Shown: positions 1 through 10,637 of the stretch, piece by piece | Position numbering within the stretch: the stretch's first letter is position 1 | Layout: each line of letters opens with the position of its first letter | Assembly (NCBI GenBank): GCA_002811645.1 | Contig: PDIP01000087.1 | Location: 75,678-139,677, forward strand | Direction of reading: 5' to 3' | Length of the DNA stretch: 64,000 nucleotides | Source: Corallochytrium limacisporum Hawaii | Lineage: Eukaryota; Protista; Pluriformea | Notes under the pieces: generated by a model | The model's database searches: none | What the model was told of the DNA's origin: nothing | Seen by the model: the letters and a program-made list of their open reading frames with translations, nothing else | Program-made: the position numbers and the translations under genes

Positions 1-1488
1 TAAAGTTGTGGCATACTGTATGAAGTATACGGAATGTTCCGAATTACCTTCACTTTGACTCTTCAATATCTTTTAGCCTTTGTGTTTGTTCCAGAGAAAT
101 ACTATGGATACGAAAGAACACGCTCTCGAATGCCACAAGTTGAAGTCAATGACAAAGTGTTCTCAGGACCTCCAGGTTCCGGCCGGTGACGTTTGGTGGG
201 GAAAGACAGGGGGAACTGAGGAGCGCTCGAGACTCTCGGAGGGGCGGGGCCGCCGCAGCAGAGGGAGGAGGATCGGCTCTTCCCGCCCAGTAACGAACGC
301 ACCCACGAAATTGAGCGAGAGGGGAGCGACAGGCGTACCGCCACACACTCTCACAAAAACCATTCCCCTCGCCCGGTTTCTCCTTCTCTCTCCGCGGGTC
401 CCGTTCGCCACCTCACAGCCCCGCAGCCGCTGTCGGGCCGGTTGGGTCGCAGCCAAGAAATCACTTTTGGCCAGAACTGTCCGGTCCGTCCAAGCCGCAT
501 AGGAAGAAAAGAAACTATTCCCCCGCGGGGAAGAAGAGGGGGGGGGGATGGGAGGGCGGCCGGAGAGAGGGAGAGACGGAGAGAGAAAAATAGAGAGAAG
601 GGGGACGCGGGCTTTACCGCTGGGGCTGCTATTTTGGGCCCCTCCCGGGCGGCCTACGAAAGATACCTCTTCGCATATTGTAGGGGTCACTCAGGAGTAC
701 TAAATATATTGATATTCGTAAAGTATGATGCATATATGCCTCCAGCAGGGTAGGGCGGGTCTCGAAGCCGGGCTGCAAACTCAATCGCAAAATATATATG
801 TAAAAAGGACCCCCCGTCGCCTTGCTGCGTAGGGACGGATTTGGAAAACGTGAGTATATCAAAATAGACCTTCGGACTCGGGGAGCGGACCAATGGGAGA
901 GGGGCCGGGAGGGAGAAGGGAAGTAAAAAAACGAGCAGAATCCAGGAGAGACCAAGGATTGACGGTGGAAAACATCAATACTTTTATTATGGATTTGTGC
1001 AGCACGAAATGACGACAGCCTCTGTTGGACGTTGTCTTTCCGAGGTGCGGGTCTCGGGAGGGCGAAGACGAGACTACCGGGTTTGCTCGGGAAGGGGGAG
1101 TCGCTGACTGAGCCTTTCGCTGCGACGCGTCAGCAAGGGACGTACCCAAGTCCTCACCGTTGACACTCCTCCGTTCTTTGCTTCGGCCTTGTCTTCATAT
1201 ACTTTTGTTGGATCAGTTGGCAGCGCCATGTCACTCAAACGTACTCCAGGCATCGCACTGGTACAGTGGTGAGCTGCCAAGAGTTTTCAGCAGTTTTGGT
1301 AAAGAAGGAAAAACGTTCGTCAGGACGCCATTTATTGTCTCCTACCTTGTAACACTGCTCGATCGGCAGTGTTGCGAAACGGAAAGGACTTTGTAAAGTA
1401 GTACAAGCTCAGGCGAGCTGTTTTAGTTCCAGACGAGCTGCTTTAGTCAACATGTAGAAGAGAGATTTACGGACGGGAATTAACGAGA

Positions 1489-2970
1489 ATGGCGGCTGCA
1501 CACTCAACCAGTCCGCAGTCGCGGGTCCTGAGCATAGCCTACAACGACTCGGGCAGTCATTTTTGCCTTGGGTTACAGACTGGTTTTGCAATTTACCATG
1601 CAATGGACTTAAAATTAGTACAGTACCGCAACATTGGCCGCGGAATAGGCCAGGTGGCCATGTGCGGGACGTCTAACGTCTTGGCCGTGAGCGGTGGAGG
1701 ACACGATCCGGTCGCTGCACCATCCAAGGTCCTGCTTTGGGACGATGCTATTCCGGAAGATCAAGCCACGGGCTACCTGGGTACGTCAAAAGACCTGCAG
1801 GGACCTGGTGGCAACGTACGGGCCATTATTGGTTTCCGTGAGCACGTCACACATATCAAATTCGCCTCCAAGACGCGTCTCCTGTGCAGTACGCGCCATC
1901 AGGTGTTTGTCTATGGCCTATCGCAGAACGGGGATGACCTCACCCAACTCAGACTTTACGACAGTGGTATTGATCTGGCTCCACTATTTGTGTGTAGTGC
2001 GACACTGGTATGTTTTCCTGGTCGTAATGACGGTCATGTCCTTGTCGGGCAACTCAGTGATCGAAAGATCAAGCAACCCTACGACATTATTGCAGCTCAC
2101 CAGAGCCCGGTGGCCCGATTATGCCTGAATTCGGAAGGCACTGTATTGGCCACAGCAAGTGTGAAAGGCACGATCATTCGCCTCTTCCACACACCATCTC
2201 GCACGCGCATTCGAGAGTTCAGACGTGGCATGGACATGGCCATGATCCATTCGCTAGCGTTCAGCCCCGGGATGATGAGTCTGGTGGCTTTAAGTGACAA
2301 GGGTACGGGCCACATTTTTACACTACTACAGGCCCCAGAGGGTCAGACACACGGTACGAACCGGGACCCGCAGTGTTTCGTGGGTGATACCGCAGTTACC
2401 GCAGGCAAAGCCTCGGAAGTGTCGGAATCGTCAGGCTTTGACGTCGTCGGAGGATCCGGGGTGGAAACCATCGCAGAAGAGGGCAGTGGCCTCGCCATGG
2501 ACTTTGAGTCGGAGCCGGTACCGCTGCCTCCGGCCACAGAGGGTGTACCTGTGCATAGCGCAAGTGGCAGTACAGGCTCCCATCCATCGACGGGAGGTGG
2601 ACCTCTGACCCTCCAGGATGTCTACGAACAAACCAAGTCATACGGCACCGAACTACTCAAGTCACTGGCTCAAACCTCTCTTGATCTGAGCAAATGGGGT
2701 CTCTGGCACCCGACAAGCTACGCTCGCTTCCGTCTGCCGCTTAGTGACCGTGACATTTCTCAACCGAGTACAGTGGCTGTGCTTTCGGAGGCAGGATCTT
2801 CAGAACGGGTGGCAGTGGTGGTGAGCGTCACCGGAGTGGCGATGCAATTTAAGTACCAGGAGTACCGAGAGGGATTAGAAAGCGGGCAACAAGCAGGGGC
2901 TGCATCATCGCAGCAACTACCCTTCGCCTTCTACACTGACCTCATGACCGCGCTGGATGGTGACCAATGA
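1489..2970 (+). CDS. PROPPIN beta-propeller, WIPI3/4 (WDR45/Hsv2)-type autophagy protein
   Basis: 493-aa ORF with SNVLAVSGGG..P...KVLLWDD (WIPI3/4-type blade), AHQS.V..L.LN.EGT.LATASVKGTIIRLF and the phosphoinositide-binding FRRG motif. Confidence 0.88.
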   Translation: MAAAHSTSPQSRVLSIAYNDSGSHFCLGLQTGFAIYHAMDLKLVQYRNIGRGIGQVAMCGTSNVLAVSGGGHDPVAAPSKVLLWDDAIPEDQATGYLGTSKDLQGPGGNVRAIIGFREHVTHIKFASKTRLLCSTRHQVFVYGLSQNGDDLTQLRLYDSGIDLAPLFVCSATLVCFPGRNDGHVLVGQLSDRKIKQPYDIIAAHQSPVARLCLNSEGTVLATASVKGTIIRLFHTPSRTRIREFRRGMDMAMIHSLAFSPGMMSLVALSDKGTGHIFTLLQAPEGQTHGTNRDPQCFVGDTAVTAGKASEVSESSGFDVVGGSGVETIAEEGSGLAMDFESEPVPLPPATEGVPVHSASGSTGSHPSTGGGPLTLQDVYEQTKSYGTELLKSLAQTSLDLSKWGLWHPTSYARFRLPLSDRDISQPSTVAVLSEAGSSERVAVVVSVTGVAMQFKYQEYREGLESGQQAGAASSQQLPFAFYTDLMTALDGDQ

Positions 2971-3082
2971 GGTACGAAAGAGAAGAAACTATCATTACAT
3001 TAGTTCTCGAATCTTGTTTTTGTCCTTATAGACAAGTCTCGTTTATTGCTGTGAAAGAATCGTGGATGACATGGATGTGCTC

Positions 3083-4507
3083 CTATCTTTCATTTCGGTC
3101 GCGCCAGACCTGGGCAGCCGTCTGCCCACGCCTATTCTTTGCCTCCCGCAGCCTGACTATTACACTCTTGTCGCTACCCGCATCAATTTCAGCAATTCGG
3201 GTGCCTAACCACGGAAGGACTTTGGAATACGCGGCCTCGTTATCAAACAGAGCAGCAATATGCAGCAAAGTGTTCCCGCCCTGATCTCTGTGCAGGAATA
3301 GGTCAGCTGCCCGGGCTCCAAGGGCCTTGAAGCCCACCTTCTCTCTGGAGCACCCTCCTTCATCGGTTATCCAGATCTGCCCCGGGGCCAAGTCCGACTG
3401 ACATGCGTCCTTGAGGCAATACACAGACCACAGACTGAGTGCGGCGTAGAGCCTGATGCCGTAGTCCTTCGGTTCGTCCGCTTCGGGAATTTCACGCTCC
3501 AGGAGCGCCATGATGGCTTCATCAACTGCCTCGCTCTCCTTTATGCGACCAATATAGGCCGATAGAAGCTCTGTAATACGGAACGGGAAGGTGAGATCAA
3601 CGTGCCCGTCGAGATCACCAGTAGGCAGTGGAGCATGCGTGCGTTGCCCATTCGCTCGACATGCAACATGCAGCGGGGTACGTCCGTATTTGTCCGTGAA
3701 AGACTCTACTGTCGCACTGACCATGTCGGCACAGTGCTTGAAAGAAATCAAACCGCATCGTGACCGCAGCCACCACCACACGAGCATTACACCCGCACAC
3801 CCGAGGTGGCCAGCTGCCGCACAGTCGTGCAAAGGATTGCACCCGGAATTATCCCTTTGCATGCAGTCCCGCCATTCCCCTGCCACCGACCGTAAGATCA
3901 GTAGAATCAGCGCCCTCACCCGTCCGTGCAAACAAGCGGTGTGGAAATACGTTCGTCCATTGCCAGCCCCCATGTCACGTGCCATGGGCAGGCGTGCAAG
4001 CAAGGACAGGGAGTTTCCAGGCTCCCTGATCGCGATATGAAGGGCGTCCCACCCGTCCTTATTGCGTAGCGTTGCATCAGCGCCCGCCTCGAGCAGAATC
4101 TCTGCGCAGCGACTGGATCCAGGCTCGCGGCTGGCGCAGGCAAGCATCAGCGGAGTCCAGTCCGCTCGCTTGAGCATGTCAATCATGGCAAATCCTTGCT
4201 TTTTGCTCTCTCCTATAAGCCATTTGACGATTTCTGGCCGTCCAGTGCTGCATGCCTCGTGAAGAGGCCTCCGACCATCACTATCACCACGGTCTAGTGG
4301 AGCGAGGCACTGATCGACTAGCCATTTGGCAATCTCAAAGTGCCCATGGCGGACAGCAAGGACCAAGGCTGGTGTATCCGCGCCATCAAGGCCTTCACTG
4401 GCCCATACAGGCCCCTTATTTCCTTCGGTTTCTTGTACTTCCACTAGACATTTCTGCAAAGTGTCTAGATCACCACTGACGCATGCCTTCTGCACACGTT
4501 TGAGCAT
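3083..4507 (-). CDS. ANKRD16: Ankyrin repeat protein, ANKRD16-like
   Basis: Motifs RRPLHEA, LKRADWTPLMLAC, RNKDGWDALHIAIRE, HTACLHG and RDNSG follow the order and sequence I recall for ANKRD16 (KRPLHEA, LKKADWTPLMMAC, KNKDGWNSFHIASRE). Confidence 0.75.
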   Translation of the reverse strand: MLKRVQKACVSGDLDTLQKCLVEVQETEGNKGPVWASEGLDGADTPALVLAVRHGHFEIAKWLVDQCLAPLDRGDSDGRRPLHEACSTGRPEIVKWLIGESKKQGFAMIDMLKRADWTPLMLACASREPGSSRCAEILLEAGADATLRNKDGWDALHIAIREPGNSLSLLARLPMARDMGAGNGRTYFHTACLHGRVRALILLILRSVAGEWRDCMQRDNSGCNPLHDCAAAGHLGCAGVMLVWWWLRSRCGLISFKHCADMVSATVESFTDKYGRTPLHVACRANGQRTHAPLPTGDLDGHVDLTFPFRITELLSAYIGRIKESEAVDEAIMALLEREIPEADEPKDYGIRLYAALSLWSVYCLKDACQSDLAPGQIWITDEGGCSREKVGFKALGARAADLFLHRDQGGNTLLHIAALFDNEAAYSKVLPWLGTRIAEIDAGSDKSVIVRLREAKNRRGQTAAQVWRDRNER

Positions 4508-5090
4508 AGCTCAGCCTTCCCACGTGTCCTCCATGGGTCCCTAAACTGTTCTCACATATTGCCCAAACGTCCATCTACTACATTACATGCATTTGGTCAC
4601 CATGTCAGGCCAATGAACATGCCTGTTCGGAAATAGTTCTGTACCGTTTGTGACGCTCGCGATGGGCACGACCTGGAAGTCACAGTTGAGACAAGTGCCC
4701 TGCCGGTTGTGGTACATCCACTACTGGTATTTCAGAAGTACACGTTTTCGCATACCAGAAAGCCTTGAGAACATGTGATTTGAATCCATATACAGATGAT
4801 TGGAACCCCTTCTGTTCCAAAGGAGCAGGTAACCGGCGACCTTCACTTTTTAGCCCCCGGGAGGTGGGGGCACATTGAAAAAGAAGAGAGGAAGGCCGGG
4901 GGGGGGAAAAGTTTTGAGAGCGAGGAAGGTCTCCAACCCCGCTTTCCCCTTGCCGTCCGCGTAGCAGGGGGGGGGGGCAAGCGGCCGCAGGGCAAACGTC
5001 CGAACGGGGAGTGTGTGCAAAGTAAACCCGTGAGTTGTGACATGGCTATTATTGAGACACGAAAGTTCTACGCCACGAAGATCGCTGATA

Positions 5091-5525
5091 ATGAGCAGAA
5101 ATTTTTCCTCAAGCAGCAATCGGAGGCAGCGCAATGAGGAGTCTTTCCAGGTAGACCGACAGGACTTGGAGATGGACGCGGCTCTGGAGATCTTGGACGT
5201 GCAGTCTTCGAGACGCAGCTACGCAAGCTCAAGAGCAACCGTGACAAGCTCGCGAGTGAAAAAGATCCAAGATCTCAGTATTCAGATCCAGGAAAAGGAG
5301 AGCGAACTCAAGCGTTACCATCAACAGAACAATGCCCTCCGCCTCAATATTGAAGATCTAAAGGCCACAGCGACAGAAAGAGTTCCGGTCCCTGCATCCA
5401 GAGTCAGTGAAGATAAGGGCCATGGCTGGGAATCAGAACATGCAGCAGGATCCAAAGGAAAACTCAACGACCAAAGATGCGAAATTCTGACCTTCCCCGT
5501 ATACGTAAGCTTCAAGCCATCTTAG
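5091..5525 (+). CDS. Possible short coiled-coil protein or gene fragment
   Basis: Heptad-like segment KKIQDLSIQIQEKESELKRYHQQNNALRLNIEDLK; the frame stays open briefly past the stop; lies next to an assembly gap; no family recognised. Confidence 0.3.
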   Translation: MSRNFSSSSNRRQRNEESFQVDRQDLEMDAALEILDVQSSRRSYASSRATVTSSRVKKIQDLSIQIQEKESELKRYHQQNNALRLNIEDLKATATERVPVPASRVSEDKGHGWESEHAAGSKGKLNDQRCEILTFPVYVSFKPS

Positions 5526-5724
5526 AAGGTCAAAAATCTACTAGCAAGGGTGGATCAAAGCCAAGATAACATGCACAAGTGGTAAGAGCTTCAACAAAGT
5601 TTACTGCTCATCTCTAACATGTCCCTATCATGTCGATGGTGGCTTAGCGAGCCAGTGATACAGCCTAGGGTATTCACCCACAAACCTGGTCCCCTCCCTT
5701 CTTTCCTCTTCCCCCTCTACCCTC

Positions 5725-5954
5725 NNNNNNNNNNNNNNNNNNNNNNNNNNNNNNNNNNNNNNNNNNNNNNNNNNNNNNNNNNNNNNNNNNNNNNNNNNNN
5801 NNNNNNNNNNNNNNNNNNNNNNNNNNNNNNNNNNNNNNNNNNNNNNNNNNNNNNNNNNNNNNNNNNNNNNNNNNNNNNNNNNNNNNNNNNNNNNNNNNNN
5901 NNNNNNNNNNNNNNNNNNNNNNNNNNNNNNNNNNNNNNNNNNNNNNNNNNNNNN
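5725..5954. other. Assembly gap
   Basis: N run flanked by C-rich tracts. Confidence 0.99.
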
Positions 5955-7387
5955 CCCCCCGGTTCTCTACTTTTCTCAACCTCTCCCGCCCCCCTCCCAC
6001 CAAGGGGACAAAGAGAATTCTCGACCATACCCGCAAAATCTCTTCAGTCCCCCATAGTCACCGGTGGATAAAATAGGCCCCGTCAACAGCCAATCACAAA
6101 ACCGGAGGACACGAAAATATTTCCAGAGGAGGGGGAGGGGCGGATGCCCTTAGTGACCAATTGCTTCGTACAGGTCCTGGCCATCTCCAATTTCTTATGT
6201 CAATATTAAATTCACTGTATACTAAGCGTATCACTTTTTATTATGCATCTGCCGACTTGCGCCAGTATCAATAAATCTGCAGTGGGAGGCCGGCGTGGAC
6301 TTTCTCTGCTACACTTCGTCTTGCTGCCGCTCGCATCTCTGCCCACCTGCCAGGCCCTGCCACAACTCGACAGCCACGGCACGTTCTCTCCCCGTTGTTT
6401 TTGCTTGCCCGTGGCAAAAATATTCTCGGCTTCTGTCCGCTTTCCCAAATCAGCGCAGAGCTGCTGACAAACGATGAAACGGTCCGTGCGGACGCGAGAA
6501 GCTGGTGGGCTTGCATGCCAGGCCACACAGCAGCTTGCAGCGTAGGAGAACGGTAACGGGTGTGTGACAAAAACGGGAGAGCCGCGCACACCAAAGGCGT
6601 GGCAGCTTGCCTTGGGACGAAGGGGAAGATTGAAAGAAGGGGAGGGTGGTGGGGAAAGATTGATTGGCTTAATGGTAGCTAATGGTCGGCGCGAAAATCC
6701 AAACTTTGGCGCAAGGGACGAGTATTTTTGTTCTGTTTCTCTTTGGAAGCAAACCAGCGCGTTTTACCTCCCCTCGGTCCCCACCCCCCCCCCGGCATTT
6801 TTCTCTTCCACCCGCGGGCGGGCAAGGGAGGACATGAGAACTCTTAGTTAGAGCTGCGGTGAACCTGGGACGGGAAAGAGACATTGATTCCCTGTCCATT
6901 TTCTCTGCTCCTCTGTGTGGCTCAAGGGGCAGCGCCCCAGAACGGGCAAGCAGCAGGCGATCGGTAGAATGCGAGAGTATACTCCCTGCTTGATATGTTG
7001 GTGCAGGGTTTAGTGTTCATCCTGCATCATTGGAATTTGATAGTGGATTTTCTACTGCGGCCCTTTGGCACAACAATAACCATCGATATTGCCTTGCATT
7101 GTCCAGCTTAATTATGGAGTCTGATTCATGAGATCAAGCTATTTGAGAGCCCCGACATACTGACCTTCTGAAGAGTGCCTGGCGGGGATCATATCCGTGT
7201 GAGATTGTGTCTCTATAGCTTGCGTAGCCGTTCAGTCAGAGTACGCCAAGAAATGAGTAAAGACACGGGTGTGACAAAGGGATAGATATGCGAGTTGGAG
7301 ATACTAGTGTGTGAAATATGTAGATACCATTCAAGACCTTAGCCTTGTCTGAAACGAACCCTAGAATACATACAGATAAAGATAGCC

Positions 7388-10165
7388 ATGAGCAGAACCT
7401 CGCTTGGCAAGGGAAGGCCACAAGGAACCCTTGCCATGCAAGGTGACTCGGTCCTTGATTTCATTTTCGTCGGGAAGGTGTTCACTGAATACCGGATTTG
7501 TCGAAAAGAAGAGGTGTCATGCAATTCGGCGGTAGCGGCCATCGCTAGTGATGGTGCTGCTCCCTGTATGTTTGTGGAGCGTACATTAGAATATGCGGGA
7601 CGGATTACGTTTAACCCCGTACCAGCCACCGCTCACTCGCGCCGCCTCAATCGCACAGCCTTTTTGAATTACGTGAAGGCTCGTGTTGGTTCCTCACAAG
7701 GTGCTTTGGAATATGACGCGGCAGATGCGACCTACAACCTCGCAAATCTGCTACAGATCATTCTGCTGGACGAGGTACGGAAGGATGCGGACCGGAAGAA
7801 TGAGTTTGCGTTCTATCTGACTGTGAATATCCAGCGCTCCGGCACAGACTCGACTCGACAAAGCACTGGTCTACACAAATCATTGGAAGCTCTTAGTTTT
7901 GAAGAATGGGATGACGGTGTTCTGTCGGATTCTATGGAACCGGTCACCCCAATGACTCCAAACCTTGCGAATCCTATGATTTCAGTGATTGGTGCTGATG
8001 AGGAAAAGGCGGCAGCAGCCAAGAGAAAGATTGCGGCCGCTGCAATCGGTGCCAAAGATGTCGCTCACTCTCAGAGTCTGCTCTCGAGGAATTCCGTATC
8101 GACGGCATCGGAAACGGACACCATAGCGCCCCTCCCAATTGGCGAAGCTGGAAGTGCTGCAGCCAAAGTTTCTGCTGCGGCCCCTGCCCAGCTCGAGGCA
8201 GACAAGCGTCAATCTTCCACGCAGAGCGCAAGGCATCACTCCGCGCCTGTTATGCCATCACCGGACGTTGCACGAAGTGGCAAGAACGTGGCAAACGGTC
8301 TCTCATCTTCCTCTGAAGTACCGAAGAGGCCCATGACTCCGTTTGGCATGGCGCTCTCTGAGTTTCATCACACAGAGCGAACCTTCCTGCAGGGCTTGGA
8401 CGTGCTCTACACCGGCTACTACATTCCCTTCAAGGAAAACATGGGCGAGAAGGAGGCAGATCGCTTAATTGGGAATGTTCCGGAGGTGCGCTCGCTGCAC
8501 CGCATGATTTTGTCGGGTGTGGCTGGTATATTGGCTGTGTACGAGAACTCTAGCGATGTCGAGAAAACTGTAGAAGCGATTGCTTGTCTCTTCTTAGATA
8601 TGCGCACGAAATTTAGCGTCCAAATTGACTACATTACTGGCCAAGATCAAGCATTCAAGGCCCGTCGCACCCTCCTTCAGAAGGATGAATCCATGCGACG
8701 GTTCATGCAGCAGTGTCAGCGAGATAGTGGTAGTCCATTCTACGTCGATGATCTGATGAACTCGGTGTTTCAGCGCATCACTCGTTACCCTTTGCTGTGT
8801 GAGCAACTGTTCAAGGGCTGTAAGCACTCAGGCAACGTAGCTAGCCAGGCCATCCTTGGCTTGCTGACCCGCTTCTTCCAGACAATCATTCGACACATTA
8901 ACGAGATCAAGCGCGACCAGGAACTCCAAGAGATTGCTCGTTTTGCCTATGTCCTCGATGAACGCAGTCGAAGCGCGGCCAAGGGTTTGGGGAACGTACT
9001 AACGGGACAGGTAGCAAATCTAGCCACCCAGGGACTGAGCACAGATTACTACGGCAAGATCCTGTTCGAGGATGAACTACTATGCTACCTACCAGACAAG
9101 CAGAAGTTCAAACCCTACCATGTCATCGTGTTTGAGGATGTTGTATTCATTGTCACCATCGACCAAGTCAACCCGAGTGTTGCCAAGCGGATCTTCCTCA
9201 AGGACCATTGCATGCGCAGGATTAGTGCCCAGCAGCTTCGCCTTGAGAAGCCTGATCTTTACGCTCTGTGCGTCCGGGATGGATCCAAAGAGAAGCGGCT
9301 GTCCGGCGGCCGCATCGCCTTCTCTGCCATCATTGTGCCGCTGTTGGACAGTGCAAGTGCTGCCGGCCTTCGTGACGCCCTGCGAACTGCTGTGGCCTGT
9401 GGCCGCAACAGGTCTTTCCTCGACGCCGAGGATGCCACCAAAGGACACCAACTAGCCACCTACACCTTCCCACCGCTCATGGTCTGTGATGTCTGCGACC
9501 GAGAGATGCTCGGGGGCAATGGCCAGGGAGTCAGGTGCCGCCGTTGCCTTCTGCAGTGTCACACCTCGTGCTTTGCCGCCGTCCATGGTGACACGGCAAC
9601 TACACGTATCGACTTGAACTGCGATTCCACCGAAGTACTGGTCAGTCGCGAACGCAAGGCACAGGCCATCCAGGGTATGCATTTTCTCAATGCCGACACG
9701 GCGGCTCTATTGCATTCGGTGCGGATGGCACAATTGCACGCTGCCGAGGACAGCCACGCCTACCGTCAGTACCGCAGCAATAGCACCGGAGAGGCAATTC
9801 AGGCACGGCAAAATCTTCAGCAAATCTCCAGTGTCCTACGTCCAGGTGATTTGCACGCAACCAATTGTGCGACCAGTGAATGGCAGCTTGATGATGCCGC
9901 AGTGGAGGGAACAAAGGTTGAGAAGAGCTTGAAAAGTGTCAAGAAATGGATCAAGTATGGTGGAAAGGTCAGGCGGTCCCACTCTAGTGAGAATCTAGAT
10001 CAATTACTACGCTTCAGTGTGAACAGTGGCAACCAGAGCTTCTTTTCGGGCCCGTCCGCAAATGACAGGCAAGACAGTGGGACAAACAGTGGCAATAGCT
10101 CTCCAAAAGTCGGACGGCGACGTCAATTCACAATCAGTTTCGGCTCCAAGATTGGGATGCCTTGA
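7388..10165 (+). CDS. Dbl-family RhoGEF with degenerate CH, DH, PH and C1 domains (Vav-like core, no SH2/SH3)
   Basis: DH motifs EFHHTERTFLQGL, QRITRYPLL and INEIKR; PH-like ILFEDEL...YHVIVFEDVVFI; C1 spacing H-x12-C-x2-C-x13-C-x2-C-x4-H-x2-C; the true start may be the Met at 7436. Confidence 0.85.
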   Translation: MSRTSLGKGRPQGTLAMQGDSVLDFIFVGKVFTEYRICRKEEVSCNSAVAAIASDGAAPCMFVERTLEYAGRITFNPVPATAHSRRLNRTAFLNYVKARVGSSQGALEYDAADATYNLANLLQIILLDEVRKDADRKNEFAFYLTVNIQRSGTDSTRQSTGLHKSLEALSFEEWDDGVLSDSMEPVTPMTPNLANPMISVIGADEEKAAAAKRKIAAAAIGAKDVAHSQSLLSRNSVSTASETDTIAPLPIGEAGSAAAKVSAAAPAQLEADKRQSSTQSARHHSAPVMPSPDVARSGKNVANGLSSSSEVPKRPMTPFGMALSEFHHTERTFLQGLDVLYTGYYIPFKENMGEKEADRLIGNVPEVRSLHRMILSGVAGILAVYENSSDVEKTVEAIACLFLDMRTKFSVQIDYITGQDQAFKARRTLLQKDESMRRFMQQCQRDSGSPFYVDDLMNSVFQRITRYPLLCEQLFKGCKHSGNVASQAILGLLTRFFQTIIRHINEIKRDQELQEIARFAYVLDERSRSAAKGLGNVLTGQVANLATQGLSTDYYGKILFEDELLCYLPDKQKFKPYHVIVFEDVVFIVTIDQVNPSVAKRIFLKDHCMRRISAQQLRLEKPDLYALCVRDGSKEKRLSGGRIAFSAIIVPLLDSASAAGLRDALRTAVACGRNRSFLDAEDATKGHQLATYTFPPLMVCDVCDREMLGGNGQGVRCRRCLLQCHTSCFAAVHGDTATTRIDLNCDSTEVLVSRERKAQAIQGMHFLNADTAALLHSVRMAQLHAAEDSHAYRQYRSNSTGEAIQARQNLQQISSVLRPGDLHATNCATSEWQLDDAAVEGTKVEKSLKSVKKWIKYGGKVRRSHSSENLDQLLRFSVNSGNQSFFSGPSANDRQDSGTNSGNSSPKVGRRRQFTISFGSKIGMP

Positions 10166-10637
10166 GAAGGGCATCCAATTCCCACTGCCATCGGATGCGC
10201 ATGAACACTGTGTGCATTCCGAACCCAACTGCAAATAGTTAACTGTAGTATTTTTCATTGTCTGTAATCATAGTTAAAGTTATATACATACACTCCCCAT
10301 ACTGTTCATATCTATACGATAGGTAAATCAAACGTGTTGGTGTGAGTGTACTGGGCGGGTCTGTCCCCCCCCCTGCTTTCCCTGTGCGGTTCCGTGACTC
10401 AATTTGCTAGCTGAAGTCAACAAAGTCGAGTGCGCCGGGTCTTTTCTCCCTTGGCCAAAGTGCACATGCCAAAGAGTGAGCCGTTCGTGCGCAGGTTTAC
10501 AAAGGCCAGTCTCAGTTACCTATGACAGACAGTTAGTTCGTATAGCTCCAGAAAGCGAAAGAGCGTCCATTGTATTGGTATGAATCAAACCAAATGTAGA
10601 CAGAAAGAGAGTACAGACGTAGGCAGACGCAGACAAG

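Noticed and set aside
80-1400. Many overlapping short ORFs upstream of the PROPPIN gene
   Set aside because: They translate low-complexity purine/GC-rich promoter DNA and show no protein motifs
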